From: an uncultured Pseudomonadota bacterium
Lineage (GTDB): Bacteria > Pseudomonadota > Alphaproteobacteria > RF32 > CAG-239
NCBI GenBank assembly: GCA_902761535.1
Contig: CACWKS010000004.1
Location: 5,357-69,356 of the forward strand
Reading direction: 5' to 3'
Length of the DNA stretch: 64,000 nt
Every line of letters starts with the position of its first letter. Within the stretch, counting starts at the first letter, position 1. This document shows, one piece after another, positions 29,188 through 40,174 of the stretch. The notes beneath the pieces were generated by a model, which saw only the letters and a list, made by a program, of their open reading frames with translations, was not told the DNA's origin and did not search any database. Made by a program: the position numbers and the translations under genes.

Positions 29188-29960
29188 GCTATCAATTCCC
29201 TTTCTCTTTTTAATACTTCTTTGGTTAATCCGATGTAGGCTTGACTGCCCGAACATTTAAAATCATATAACAAAACCGGTTTACCATGTGATGGAGCTTC
29301 CGATATTTTTACATTACGCGGAATAACCGTATCATAAACTTTTTTGCCGAAAAAGTTGCGAACATCATCTTCAACCATTTGTGTCAAATTATTTCGTTTA
29401 TCGTACATGGTCAGCACTACACCATGCAACATTAATTTAGGATTAAAATTCTTTTTGATTACGTTGATGTTTTTAATCAGTTCGGCAATACCTTCTAGAG
29501 CTAAAAACTCACATTGTAAAGGTACTATTACTCCGTCTGCCGCGACTAGTGCGTTAACCGTTATTAAGCTTAGTGAAGGAGGACAATCTATCAATACATA
29601 ATCATAATTTACACCTTCTTTTAATAAAGCTTTTTTCAAAGCGTATTCACGTTCAGGCATATTAACCAGCTCAATTTCAGCTGCAGCTAAATCCGGTGAT
29701 GAGGGTACAATTGAAAATCTTGGAACTTCAGTCCAAACTACAGCTTCAGTAAGTTTTTTAGTACCGAGCAATACGTTGTAGCTGGACACATGATAACCTT
29801 TTTTATCAACTCCCATCGAGGTTGATGCATTACCTTGCGGATCTAAATCTACGACTAAAACTTTTTTACCGGCTGCAGCCATTGCTGTTGCAATATTAAC
29901 GGCCGTAGTTGTTTTGCCTACTCCTCCTTTACGATTTGCTATTGCTAAAATTCTTGGCAT
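29181..29960 (-). CDS. parA: Chromosome partitioning ATPase ParA.
   Basis: Deviant Walker A KGGVGKTTTAVNIA. Confidence 0.92.
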   Translation of the reverse strand: MPRILAIANRKGGVGKTTTAVNIATAMAAAGKKVLVVDLDPQGNASTSMGVDKKGYHVSSYNVLLGTKKLTEAVVWTEVPRFSIVPSSPDLAAAEIELVNMPEREYALKKALLKEGVNYDYVLIDCPPSLSLITVNALVAADGVIVPLQCEFLALEGIAELIKNINVIKKNFNPKLMLHGVVLTMYDKRNNLTQMVEDDVRNFFGKKVYDTVIPRNVKISEAPSHGKPVLLYDFKCSGSQAYIGLTKEVLKRERELIAC

Positions 29961-30585
29961 TTTTTTCTCCTTTATGTTGTTTGATGTTGCTAATTAGTAA
30001 AATTTTTCCTTCTGTTGAAATTTTGTTATCTATAATTTCACAGTCGAACGAATGTTTTTTATGTGCTTCACAAAGTTCTTCTTCATAACTGCGGCCCTTA
30101 GGAAAAACACATAATGTGTTTTTACGACAAAACGGATGCGCATAATCCAAAAGTTTTGATAAAGAGCTTAAGGCCCGTGATGTTATTACATCATATTTTT
30201 CAGGAGCCAAACTTTCTATTCTTTGATTTTCGATTCGCACATCAAGACCCAGCGATTCCTTCACCGCATTTAAAAACAGTGTTTTCTTTTTTATACTTTC
30301 AACCAATGTTACATTTAAATACGGCATTCTATTTTTTGCCATTATTGAAATAACCAATCCGGGAAACCCTGCGCCAGAGCCTAAATCAATTAATTTTTCT
30401 GCGGTTTTCGGTATATAGTCATATAACTGAACCGAGTCTAAAAAATGTCTGTTCCAAGCATCAGACAAACTTGCGTTACTTACCAAGTTAAATTTTGCCT
30501 GCCACTCAATCAACAATGATTGATAGCTTTTTAGTGCACAAATTGTTTCACGTGAAACATGTAAAATTTCATCAAGATTTTTCAT
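29929..30585 (-). CDS. rsmG: 16S rRNA m7G527 methyltransferase RsmG (GidB).
   Basis: GSGAGFPGL SAM motif. Conserved position between mnmG and parA. Confidence 0.88.
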   Translation of the reverse strand: MKNLDEILHVSRETICALKSYQSLLIEWQAKFNLVSNASLSDAWNRHFLDSVQLYDYIPKTAEKLIDLGSGAGFPGLVISIMAKNRMPYLNVTLVESIKKKTLFLNAVKESLGLDVRIENQRIESLAPEKYDVITSRALSSLSKLLDYAHPFCRKNTLCVFPKGRSYEEELCEAHKKHSFDCEIIDNKISTEGKILLISNIKQHKGEKNAKNFSNSKS

Positions 30586-30786
30586 GCTTTTTTTTTATTA
30601 TTTTAAAAGCCTATTTAACAGAAAAAAAATCCAGTTATAAACAATCATTTTAAACACAACAAACTTTACTTAAATTCAAACACTTATACACCGCACCTTG
30701 ACTCTTTTTTTTAAGCATTTCATATATATAATTTATTATCTTGAGAAAATGAATCATTCACATAATGTAAAGTTTTAAACATAAAA

Positions 30787-32631
30787 CTATTTGTTCTTAA
30801 GATATCCTAATAGTGCCGTTATCGCAGCGGGGGTTACACCGGGAATGCGTGATGCTTCACCGATTGTTATGGGTTTTATTTTGGATAACTTAGCAACCAT
30901 TTCTCTGGATAATCCACCTATTTTGTTGTAATCAATATCTTCACGCAATTTTAGATTTTCATCTTTTTTAAAGATTTCAATATCATTAAGCTGCCTTTTA
31001 ATATAACCCGAATAGCGTGCTTCTATTTCTATTTGTTCATAAATTTCATGTTTAAATTCATGAAGTTGAGGCCATATATTTAAAATAGTTTCACGTGAAA
31101 CATCATTATAAGACATCAGATCAAAGCAGGTGCGTTTCGAAATGTCGTGATTAATATTGTTTTCTTTAAGCTGTTTTACAGAAACGCTTAAACTGGTGCT
31201 AAGCTCACGTAAATCATCGATACCTTGTTTTTTGACATTAAATACACTGTATCGATTCGCCGAGACACAACCTATTTTATATCCTTGTTCGGTAAGACGG
31301 ATATCCGCATTATCAGAACGTAAAAACAGACGGTATTCTGATCTAGAAGTAAACATTCGATAAGGCTCGTCAACACCTTTGGTTATTAAATCATCTATCA
31401 TAACTCCGATATAGGCTTGCGAGCGATCAATATAAAATTCAGAATCACTGTTCACAGCTTTAAGCGCAGCATTTATACCGGCTATTATTCCCTGAGCCGC
31501 TGCCTCTTCGTATCCGGTTGTTCCGTTGATTTGACCGGCTAAAAATAATCCGGATATTTTTTTACATTCAAGACAATGATTAAGTTCCTGAGGATCAACA
31601 TAATCATATTCAATAGCATATGCCGGACGTATAATTTCGACTTTCTCCAGCCCTTTTATGGTGTGAATAAATTGCGATTGAATATCAGCGGGCAATGAGG
31701 TTGATATTCCGTTAGGATAAATTACATCTGTATTTAGTCCTTCCGGTTCAAGAAATATCTGATGTGATGTACGATCGGCAAATTTGACAAGTTTATCTTC
31801 AATGCTGGGGCAATAACGCGGGCCTATACCGGTTATAAGTCCGGAAAAAAGTGCACATTTGTTAAAATTGTCACGAATAATTTGGTGAGTTTTTTCGTTG
31901 GTATGGGTAATATAACAACTTATTTGTGAAGTGGTAATTTTGTCAGTTAAGAAAGAAAACGGCTGAGGATGTTCATCACCATTTTGCTTTTCGAGAATGT
32001 CAAAATTAATGGTTTTGCCATTGAGACGTGCCGGAGTGCCGGTTTTCAATCGCCCTATTTTTAATCCACCTTGTTTTAAATACGGTGTTATTCCTTTGCA
32101 TACCTCATCATTTACACGACCGCCTATGGAGGTTTTGTGACCGATAAACATTATGCCATTAAGAAAAGTTCCTGAAGTTAATACAACCGATTTAGATTTT
32201 ATTTTTGTTTCGTCAGACAATATAACTCCGCTAATCTTATTTTCATCAAAAATCAAACCTTCGGCAGAAGCTTCATAAATTGTAAGATTAGATTGATTTT
32301 GCAGTTCTTCCTGCATAAATTTTTTATACAAATCCCGGTCGGCTTGTGCACGAGGTCCGCGAACAGCTGGGCCTTTGGAAGCATTAAGCATACGAAATTG
32401 GATTCCTGCTTTGTCGATTACACGCCCCATTAATCCATCAAGAGCATCTATTTCGCGTACGAGATGTCCTTTGCCGAGTCCTCCTATTGCCGGATTACAA
32501 GACATTTCCCCTATGGTAGATATTTTATGAGTTATAAGCAGAGTATTTGCTCCCATGCGTGCTGATGCAGCCGCTGCTTCGCAACCGGCATGACCTCCGC
32601 CTACAACTATAACATCAAAAGATTCTTTCAT
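30787..32631 (-). CDS. mnmG: tRNA uridine 5-carboxymethylaminomethyl modification enzyme MnmG (GidA).
   Basis: FAD-binding [15 protein letters not shown]. 614 aa. Confidence 0.93.
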   Translation of the reverse strand: MKESFDVIVVGGGHAGCEAAAASARMGANTLLITHKISTIGEMSCNPAIGGLGKGHLVREIDALDGLMGRVIDKAGIQFRMLNASKGPAVRGPRAQADRDLYKKFMQEELQNQSNLTIYEASAEGLIFDENKISGVILSDETKIKSKSVVLTSGTFLNGIMFIGHKTSIGGRVNDEVCKGITPYLKQGGLKIGRLKTGTPARLNGKTINFDILEKQNGDEHPQPFSFLTDKITTSQISCYITHTNEKTHQIIRDNFNKCALFSGLITGIGPRYCPSIEDKLVKFADRTSHQIFLEPEGLNTDVIYPNGISTSLPADIQSQFIHTIKGLEKVEIIRPAYAIEYDYVDPQELNHCLECKKISGLFLAGQINGTTGYEEAAAQGIIAGINAALKAVNSDSEFYIDRSQAYIGVMIDDLITKGVDEPYRMFTSRSEYRLFLRSDNADIRLTEQGYKIGCVSANRYSVFNVKKQGIDDLRELSTSLSVSVKQLKENNINHDISKRTCFDLMSYNDVSRETILNIWPQLHEFKHEIYEQIEIEARYSGYIKRQLNDIEIFKKDENLKLREDIDYNKIGGLSREMVAKLSKIKPITIGEASRIPGVTPAAITALLGYLKNK

Positions 32632-33093
32632 TTTACCTCACTGGAGTCGTTGTTTAGCCTATTTTTATTTTATTTTCAAGATGTTTTAACTAAAATTTAA
32701 TGTTAAATATTATAGATTAATGTTTGATGTTAATATGATTTGATTAGTATATTTTTTGAATTTTCACTGTTAGCGCTAGCTATTTCATTATTTATTATTA
32801 TAATGAAGTTGATTTTTGTTAAAGGTTATAGCAATTATCTTCCATATATTCCCTGTTTCGGACAAACAAAAAATGAAGAATTTTTTTGATTATCCATTTA
32901 ATAATGCTGACATAATTGTGTGTTTTCTGATAGATCCTTTGATGAAAAGATTCGGTGAAAAGGTAAAAAAAGACTGTCATAAAAGTGTGATGGTATATTC
33001 AAATACTTTTAAAATACCTAATTTAGAGCTTGTTGAGACAGTAAAACTCGAAAACTTTGGCTATTTGGTAATTTATATATTTACAAAATATAA

Positions 33094-34425
33094 TTATTTA
33101 CCTATGCAAAAAGAACCGAAAATCTTATCTAAGATTTCATCAACATCAATAAATCCGGTAATTTTGCCTATTTCGCGAGAAGCTAAACGGATATCTTCGG
33201 CCGAAAGTTCTATTTCTTTATTAAAATTAAACATATTCAGATAATTAACCACGTTCGCTAAAGCTTCACGATAACGATGTCGTGTGATGAGCAATCCTGA
33301 ATCAGCAGTCAATCGATTTTTGATATCGGTTGCAATGGTATTTAGCAATTTATCAAGGCCTTGTTTGTATTTAGCGGAGATAGTAATAATACCGGAAGAA
33401 GAAAGCTTAGTTACAGCTTCAGCGGTAAGTTTATCTGCTTTATTGGCAACAACTATAACTTTGGAATTATCAACATTTTCAATCTGTTGAGGTGTGTTTG
33501 TTGAAGCATCATATAAATTTATTATTAAATCACTATCATTGGCTTTGTTGTAGGCAATTTGAATGCCTTTCTGTTCGATTTCTTCGTTGGTATCACGTAA
33601 GCCGGCCGTATCAGTAAAAATAACCGGATAACCGTTAATATCCATATGAATATCGACAGCATCACGGGTTGTACCGGCAATATCAGAAACGATTACCGTA
33701 TCGCGGGCGGTGAGGGCATTAATCAAAGATGATTTGCCAGCATTAGGTTCGCCAAGTATTACGACTCTGAAACCGTCACGCATAGCCTCGCCTATGTTGG
33801 AAGAATTAAGATGTTGCTGAATGTCATTTTTAATTTTAAATACAGTGTTTTCAATTTGTTGAATCGTATCTTGAGGTATATCTTCTTCGGGAAAATCTAT
33901 ATAAGCTTCCAAATGAGCTAAAACTTTAAGTAACTGTTCGCGCCAACCATCATACAAATTTTTTAAACTGCCTTCCATTTGGCGAACGGCAAATTTTTGC
34001 TGTTCTGAAGTTTCGGCATCAATTAAGTCGGCTAAACCTTCGGCTTGAGTTAAATCCATTTTGTGATTATAAAAAGCACGCTTGGAAAATTCTCCGGCCG
34101 AAGCATAGCGAAAATCTTTGATGGAAGATAAAGCATCAAGCAAAGAATTGATGACAGCGCGAGAGCCATGAGTCTGAAATTCAACAATATCCTCACCGGT
34201 GAAAGAATGAGGTGATTTAAAATATAAAACAACAGCCTTATCCAAAAGTTGTCCGGATTGATTTTTTATATCAGCAAAATATGCATAACGTGGTTTGATA
34301 TTATCAATGTCGATATCGGTTAAAAATTTAATTGCAGATAATGCCTGAGGACCGGAAATGCGTATGACGGCAACTCCGGATCGTCCAAGGATGGTGGATA
34401 AAGCATAAATTGTTTGGTTATTCAT
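33094..34425 (-). CDS. mnmE: tRNA modification GTPase MnmE (TrmE).
   Basis: G-domain GEPNAGKSSL, DTAG. C-terminal CIGK. Confidence 0.93.
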   Translation of the reverse strand: MNNQTIYALSTILGRSGVAVIRISGPQALSAIKFLTDIDIDNIKPRYAYFADIKNQSGQLLDKAVVLYFKSPHSFTGEDIVEFQTHGSRAVINSLLDALSSIKDFRYASAGEFSKRAFYNHKMDLTQAEGLADLIDAETSEQQKFAVRQMEGSLKNLYDGWREQLLKVLAHLEAYIDFPEEDIPQDTIQQIENTVFKIKNDIQQHLNSSNIGEAMRDGFRVVILGEPNAGKSSLINALTARDTVIVSDIAGTTRDAVDIHMDINGYPVIFTDTAGLRDTNEEIEQKGIQIAYNKANDSDLIINLYDASTNTPQQIENVDNSKVIVVANKADKLTAEAVTKLSSSGIITISAKYKQGLDKLLNTIATDIKNRLTADSGLLITRHRYREALANVVNYLNMFNFNKEIELSAEDIRLASREIGKITGFIDVDEILDKIFGSFCIGK

Positions 34426-34601
34426 TTTTTCACCTCTTAATTGATAGAATTTGTAAATTATTTTATAAAATGTTGCAAGTATAAAAAGGCTGATTTTTTG
34501 ACTCTGGAAGCGTTTTTAGATTTTTTTAATAAAAGTATCGTAGAATCCTTAAAATTTGCTTGTATGAGCTTTGTACGAAGTCACTTTTGAAGGATATAAA
34601 A

Positions 34602-35267
34602 ATGAAAAAATTAATCATTTGGGATTTTGACGGAGTGATTGCCGACACCGAAAAATTGTGGGTTGAAAATCGCTTATATTTTTTGCGGAAAGATTACGGA
34701 ATTGATTGGGATTTTAATCAAGCTTATAAATATCTCGGCGGAATCAGTGAAAGAGATAAAAATAACAATTTGAAAAATTTGGGTTTAGAAATTAAAGATA
34801 ATTTTTGGATTGATGCCAATAACAGAGATTACGAAACTTTGGGACAAGTTGTGCCTACTCCTGATATAGATAAAATTTTTGAGCTGAAAGAGTTTGATCA
34901 ATGTATTGCGACCGGCGGTATATTGGAGAGAACAATGAGAAAAATAAAACAGACAGGGGTAGATAAATATTTTGATAAAAGCAGAATTTTTACTGCGGAT
35001 ATGGTTGCACACGGAAAGCCGGAACCTGATTTGTTTTTGTATGCGGCTAGCAAAATGGGATATAGACTGCAAGATGCAATTGTGATTGAAGATTCAACCG
35101 TCGGAGTAATGGCGGCACAAAAAGCAGGGATTAAAGTTATTGCTTTTAGCAAATATAATACATCCGAAGTTAAAGCTCTGGTGGAAGAATTACATCCTGA
35201 TTTTATAGTTGATGATATGCGTGAGACAAAAAATATTTTGCTTAATTTCTATAATAATTTTGCCTAA
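34602..35267 (+). CDS. HAD-IA family hydrolase. The ORF opens at 34560; the likely start is MKKLIIWDFDG at 34602.
   Basis: DxDGV motif I IWDFDGVI. HAD motifs II and III. Confidence 0.75.
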   Translation: MKKLIIWDFDGVIADTEKLWVENRLYFLRKDYGIDWDFNQAYKYLGGISERDKNNNLKNLGLEIKDNFWIDANNRDYETLGQVVPTPDIDKIFELKEFDQCIATGGILERTMRKIKQTGVDKYFDKSRIFTADMVAHGKPEPDLFLYAASKMGYRLQDAIVIEDSTVGVMAAQKAGIKVIAFSKYNTSEVKALVEELHPDFIVDDMRETKNILLNFYNNFA

Positions 35268-35289
35268 TCTTTTAGTTGTAAGGGCAAGA

Positions 35290-35435
35290 GGCCTTTGCGG
35301 AGTATAGCAGCTCCTCAACGTAATACGACTCCTCTTTAAGGGAGCCGACCTAATATATTGAATAAGTCAGACTGTACGTTGACAGTTGCTAACTCCCCGC
35401 CTTGATAAGTTTCAGGGCGGTTTTGTTTTAACAAA
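35290..35435 (+). ncRNA. Candidate structured RNA element, either a small RNA or a 5' leader. It is not in the ORF track and its family is unassigned.
   Basis: Several local hairpins (ggag-tatagcag-ctcc, ctcc-tctttaag-ggag). Ends in ccgcc...ggcgg plus TTTTGTTTT. No ORF. Confidence 0.2.
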
Positions 35436-35453
35436 AATCAAGGAGTTTGTATT

Positions 35454-35720
35454 ATGGATAACGTAACTTCCAAAAAAGATGTGAGACTCAGAATCTATAA
35501 AGAATTGATAAAAACACGCCGAGAAAAAGGTTTGAGCCAAACCGATGTTGCTTTGTAAACCAATATATCTTTGCAAAAATTAAATGATGTGGAGAATGGC
35601 GGTGCTTGCTCGTGGAAGACAATAAGACACCTATTGCATTTTTATCGCAAAGATTGGAAAATTGAGTTGATTGATAGCAAAAAAGAACCCTGTTTTTCAA
35701 CAAGGTTCTTTATATTGATA
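35454..35720 (+). pseudogene. XRE-family HTH regulator gene interrupted by an in-frame TAA at 35556-35558.
   Basis: AAGGAG SD 8 nt upstream. Translation MDNVTSKKDVRLRIYKELIKTRREKGLSQTDVAL*TNISLQKLNDVENGG... matches HTH_3 across the stop. Confidence 0.45.
35678..35708 (-). terminator. Bidirectional intrinsic terminator between rho and the XRE gene.
   Basis: gaaccc-tgtttttcaaca-aggttc hairpin flanked by A/T runs on both sides. Confidence 0.5.
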
Positions 35721-35730
35721 TTATATATAT

Positions 35731-36984
35731 CTAAGAATTCATATTAGCAAAGAAATCTTGATTATCTTTGCTTACTTTTAATTTATCAAGCAGGAATTCC
35801 ATACCGTCGGTCATACCCATTTGCATCAAAACGCGACGCAATACCCACATTTTGGTAAGAGTATCTTTATCAACCAAAAGTTCTTCTTTACGAGTACCGG
35901 AACGGGTAATATCAATGGTTGGGAAGAGGCGTTTATCGGTAAGTTTGCGATCCAATATAATTTCAGAGTTACCGGTTCCTTTAAACTCTTCAAAAATAAC
36001 TTCATCCATACGTGAACCGGTATCAATAAGTGCGGTCGCAATAATAGTTAAAGATCCGCCTTCTTCAACATTACGAGCAGCACCGAGCAGACGTTTCGGA
36101 CGTTGTAAAGCGTTGGCATCAACACCACCGGTTAAAACTTTACCTGATGATGGAATAACAGTATTATAAGCACGACCGAGACGCGTGATTGAGTCGAGTA
36201 AAATTACCACATCTTTTTTATTTTCAACCAAACGTTTGGCTTTCTCGATGACCATTTCAGCAACCTGGACATGGCGGGTGGCCGGTTCATCGAAGGTTGA
36301 AGATATAACTTCACCTTTAACCGAACGAGTCATATCGGTAACTTCTTCGGGCCGCTCATCAATCAGTAATACCATCAGATAACATTCAGGATGATTGGTT
36401 GCAATAGCGTGAGCAATATTTTGTAACATAACGGTTTTACCGGTGCGAGGAGGAGCAACAATAAGTCCGCGTTGTCCTTTACCTTGCGGTGAAATTAAGT
36501 CTATTACTCTGGTGGTATAATCTTTGTCACCACAAATAATATCAAAATTAAGCTTTTCGGTAGGATAAAGAGGAGTTAAGTTATCAAAATTGACGCGTAA
36601 TTTAGATTTTTCAGGATCATCAAAGTTAATTTTATTAACTTTTACCAAAGCAAAATATTTTTCATTTTCTTTAGGCGCACGAATTTCTCCTTCAACGGTA
36701 TCACCGGTTCGAAGGCCGTATTTTTTTACTTGAGCAGGTGATACATAAATATCATCAGGACCTGCTAAATAGTTGGATTGGGAAGAACGCAAAAAACCAA
36801 AACCGTCTTGCATAACTTCAATGGTTCCTTCGGCATTAATTGCTTCGTTTTCACCAACGGTTTTTTGCAAAATACCAAACATCAGTTCTTGTTTGCGTAA
36901 AGATGATGCATCATCAATTCCAAGGTCTTCGGCCAAAGACAATAGCTCGGCAGGAGATTTTTGTTTTAAATCTTTTAAGTTCAT
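35731..36984 (-). CDS. rho: Transcription termination factor Rho.
   Basis: N-terminal OB/CSD region. RecA-like ATPase [15 protein letters not shown]. 417 aa. Confidence 0.95.
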   Translation of the reverse strand: MNLKDLKQKSPAELLSLAEDLGIDDASSLRKQELMFGILQKTVGENEAINAEGTIEVMQDGFGFLRSSQSNYLAGPDDIYVSPAQVKKYGLRTGDTVEGEIRAPKENEKYFALVKVNKINFDDPEKSKLRVNFDNLTPLYPTEKLNFDIICGDKDYTTRVIDLISPQGKGQRGLIVAPPRTGKTVMLQNIAHAIATNHPECYLMVLLIDERPEEVTDMTRSVKGEVISSTFDEPATRHVQVAEMVIEKAKRLVENKKDVVILLDSITRLGRAYNTVIPSSGKVLTGGVDANALQRPKRLLGAARNVEEGGSLTIIATALIDTGSRMDEVIFEEFKGTGNSEIILDRKLTDKRLFPTIDITRSGTRKEELLVDKDTLTKMWVLRRVLMQMGMTDGMEFLLDKLKVSKDNQDFFANMNS

Positions 36985-37454
36985 ATTAACCTTTATCGGA
37001 TTGTATTAAAAAGAAGTTGAATTAAATTTAGAATCAAACATCTGTTTGATGATTAATTATATATAAGAATATAGGTTGATTTGTCAACGGAAATTATCAA
37101 CAGTTGTGCTTCCCAATTTAAATATTTAAAAAATATTGTGTTTGTAGTTAGAGACGGTGATTTTTGGGGATTATTTTTTATTAACGATTTATTAACATCT
37201 TGATTGGTTGTGAACAAATTATATCGAATCCGAGTAGTTTTAGAGCTATTATTTTGAATCTCAAAACAAAATGTTTTTTTGATTATTTTTAAAGTTTTTA
37301 GTTATACACATATGTTGATATTTTTGAGGTATGTTTATAACTTCGTGAAGTTAATTTTGCATAAGTATAATAAATTTTGCTAAGTTGTAAAAAATCAGAT
37401 ATTATGCACAGAACAACGTTGATTTGTTAATAAGTAGCTTAAGGATTTGAAATA

Positions 37455-38039
37455 ATGCGTTTAATAGGAATAACCGGTTCAATCGGCAGCGGAAAAACTA
37501 CTTTGGCAAAAATTGTTAGAGATTTGGGATATGCTGTTTATGATGTCGATGCGTGGGTTAGAAGAGTTTATCATAATAAAAATTTTTTGATTGAGCTGGA
37601 AAATAAATTTAACGGAAGCGTTAAAAACGGTGTGGCAAATAAAAGGTATTTGCGGAAAATAGTTTTTAATGATAAGAAAAAATTAGCAGAGTTGGAAAGT
37701 TTGGTTTATCCTTTTTTGGATAAGATGATAAAAAGGCACAGACTGAAAAAAGCAAAAGAAAATTATGTTGTTTTTTTAGATATTGCTTTGTTGTTTGAAA
37801 AAGGGTGGAATAAATATTGTGATTTTGTTATTTTGGCAGATGTTGATTATGAGATAAGAAAACAGAGAGTCATGGAAAGAGATAAAGTCAGTTCGGAAGA
37901 TTTTGAGCGAATTGATAACGTGCAGATGAGCAATGAAGATAAAAAGAAATTAGCTGATGTGGTAATAGATACTAATAGCAGCTTGAATAAGTTAAAAGTT
38001 AAAATGATAAATTTACTGAATTTGATTGATGGAGAGTAA
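37455..38039 (+). CDS. coaE: Dephospho-CoA kinase.
   Basis: P-loop GITGSIGSGKTT. Confidence 0.88.
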   Translation: MRLIGITGSIGSGKTTLAKIVRDLGYAVYDVDAWVRRVYHNKNFLIELENKFNGSVKNGVANKRYLRKIVFNDKKKLAELESLVYPFLDKMIKRHRLKKAKENYVVFLDIALLFEKGWNKYCDFVILADVDYEIRKQRVMERDKVSSEDFERIDNVQMSNEDKKKLADVVIDTNSSLNKLKVKMINLLNLIDGE

Positions 38040-38041
38040 AA

Positions 38042-38731
38042 GTGAGAGAGATTGTTTTTGATACTGAAACCACGGGTTTTTATCCGGATAAAGGTGACAG
38101 ATTGGTCGAAATTGGTGCTGTAGAACTGGTTGATCATTTGCAGACCGGCGTTACTTTTCATGAATATATAAATCCTGAAAGAGATGTGCCTGAAGAGGTG
38201 GTTAAAGTTCATGGTTTAACCTATGATTTTTTGAAAGATTATCCGACTTTTGAAAAAATAGCAGATAAATGGATAGATTTTGTGGGTGATGCTAAATTAG
38301 TAGCACATAATGCTACATTTGATATGAATTTTGTTAATTATGAACTTAAACAAATTTGTAAACCGGAGTTTGATCAGGAAATAGTCATTGATACATTGGA
38401 AATAGCTAAAAGATTATATCCGGGAAGACATAATAGTTTGGATGCGTTATGTAAAAGATTTAATATTGATAACAGCGCCAGAACTTTTCACGGAGCTTTG
38501 CTTGATGCTCAACTTTTGGCAGAAGTTTATTTGGAACTTTTGGGAGGAAAAGAACCAACATTGTTGTTTGGTGGTGGTAACAATAAAAAAGATAATTTTA
38601 TTAATATTGATAATTCGAATGTTATTAAAAATTATCGCGAACCGAGAAATTTTAAGGTTAAGGATGATTTTGAATCCGATCATGATAAATTTTTGGAAGA
38701 AAATATAAAAAATGCTATTTGGAATGATTAA
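38042..38731 (+). CDS. dnaQ: DNA polymerase III epsilon subunit (3'-5' exonuclease).
   Basis: Exo I FDTETTG, Exo II HNATFDMNF, Exo III HGALLDA. Confidence 0.9.
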   Translation: MREIVFDTETTGFYPDKGDRLVEIGAVELVDHLQTGVTFHEYINPERDVPEEVVKVHGLTYDFLKDYPTFEKIADKWIDFVGDAKLVAHNATFDMNFVNYELKQICKPEFDQEIVIDTLEIAKRLYPGRHNSLDALCKRFNIDNSARTFHGALLDAQLLAEVYLELLGGKEPTLLFGGGNNKKDNFINIDNSNVIKNYREPRNFKVKDDFESDHDKFLEENIKNAIWND

Positions 38732-38797
38732 TTTTAGTTGATTTGGGATATTAAGAATATTAAAATTTCTACGTTTGATTTTTGATGGAGATTTGAA

Positions 38798-39469
38798 GTG
38801 GTTTTTGGAAAAAATGTTTTGATATATGATTTGGATGAAACTTTATATAAAAAGTCGGAAGAATTTGCTGATATATTAGATAAAACCATGGCGGAGGCTT
38901 TGGTTTATGATTTGGGACTAGATATGGATTTGCAAAAGGCTAAGAAATTAGTTACCGAATCATATAAAATTTATCGTGACGGAGGAGAAATTTTTTATCA
39001 ACAATATGGTATAGAGCCGCGTGATTTATTCATAGCTTATCATCGACGCAAACCGGTAGAGAAGATAGTTCCTTATGATAACCTTATTGAAAAAATTAAA
39101 AAAATTCCGGCAGAGCAGTATATTTTTACGGCCAGTGATCGTTATGCTTCGGAAAAGATATTAAAACATTTAGGTTTATATGAATTTTTTAAGAATCGCT
39201 ATTTTTCGGTTGAGGATTTCGGAGTTTTTAAGAAAAATGAAGATTCTCAAGTTTACAAAGATTTTTGCAAAAAAATAAAGGTTAATCCTCAAGATGTGGT
39301 ATTTGTTGATGACAGCTATTCCAATCTTGAATATGCGAAAGAAGCCGGTATGACTACGGTACGAATTTATTATAAGAATAATTCGGCAAAAGATAAAAAA
39401 TATATAGATTATGCATTTAAGGGGATTGAAAGTTTTCTAAATGCTGTTTTAAAATCAGAAGCAGCTTAG
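38798..39469 (+). CDS. HAD-family hydrolase, pyrimidine 5'-nucleotidase-like.
   Basis: DLDETL motif I. VFVDDS motif III. Confidence 0.7.
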   Translation: MVFGKNVLIYDLDETLYKKSEEFADILDKTMAEALVYDLGLDMDLQKAKKLVTESYKIYRDGGEIFYQQYGIEPRDLFIAYHRRKPVEKIVPYDNLIEKIKKIPAEQYIFTASDRYASEKILKHLGLYEFFKNRYFSVEDFGVFKKNEDSQVYKDFCKKIKVNPQDVVFVDDSYSNLEYAKEAGMTTVRIYYKNNSAKDKKYIDYAFKGIESFLNAVLKSEAA

Positions 39470-40134
39470 TTATTATTTTCACAAAGTTTATATTCATATT
39501 TGTAATTGATTTGGTTGTCTAATTTAAGTTGTTCTTTAGATATCTCTTTTTTGATGTAATCAACCAAAGGAAGCAAAGTTTTATTGTAGCTTTCGGTGAG
39601 ATTTTTGGTAACAAATTCAATTTGTGATGTATCATTTATGGGTATAGCAGAGCTTTTTTTGAGAATATTAGTAACGGCAGCTTTAAATATAGGAAGGTAA
39701 TATTCAAGAGTAGTTTTATTTATTTGTTGATGGGTTTGTTCATGTCGAAGTACAATATTATATTTACAAGACCCCTCAATCAAAGAATTTGCCAGGTAAA
39801 TAACAGGTTTGGTTAAACCGATAAAAATATCGATTTTACTTGGTATAACACAAAATTTATAACGGTCGATGGGTTGAGCCATAGTGGTGACATTTATTTT
39901 AAAACGGATGTCTACGGTTGATAATCCTTCGGCAAAAGATGAACTTTCCGTCTGATTTATTTGTCTTGATAATATAGTGATTTGGTCGATAGATTTTGAT
40001 TGGTCATAAGTGAGATTGCCAAAGGAATAGTTTACGGTTATTTCAGGTTCGAAGGTTATGTCTGAACAATCTGCTGCCCAAACATTAAAACTTAAAAAGA
40101 ATAAAAATGTTAATACAAAAAAAAGTTTTTTCAT
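39466..40134 (-). CDS. Secreted HExxH-motif protein, a putative Zn-dependent peptidase, possibly DUF922-like.
   Basis: Signal peptide MKKLFFVLTFLFFLSFNVWA. LRHEQTHQQI carries the HExxH motif. Confidence 0.5.
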   Translation of the reverse strand: MKKLFFVLTFLFFLSFNVWAADCSDITFEPEITVNYSFGNLTYDQSKSIDQITILSRQINQTESSSFAEGLSTVDIRFKINVTTMAQPIDRYKFCVIPSKIDIFIGLTKPVIYLANSLIEGSCKYNIVLRHEQTHQQINKTTLEYYLPIFKAAVTNILKKSSAIPINDTSQIEFVTKNLTESYNKTLLPLVDYIKKEISKEQLKLDNQINYKYEYKLCENNN

Positions 40135-40174
40135 AATATTATATGATAAGGCTTATTTGGTTAATTTATGGTTG

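Noticed and set aside
32816-33244. The 142-aa plus-strand ORF in the mnmG-mnmE spacer.
   Set aside because: It runs 150 bp antisense into the mnmE 3' end. Its AT-rich, low-complexity composition has no SD. It is probably spurious, though a degraded gene remnant cannot be excluded.
35285-35360. A tRNA or tmRNA gene next to the XRE gene, as a possible integration site.
   Set aside because: There is no GTTCRANYC T-loop, no 7-bp acceptor stem with CCA context, and no tag-peptide reading frame ending in AA-stop.
36985-37454. A novel element in the 470-bp region upstream of rho.
   Set aside because: A long structured leader is expected for rho, which is autoregulated by attenuation. The region is also divergent with the coaE promoter. 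Nothing beyond that was evident.
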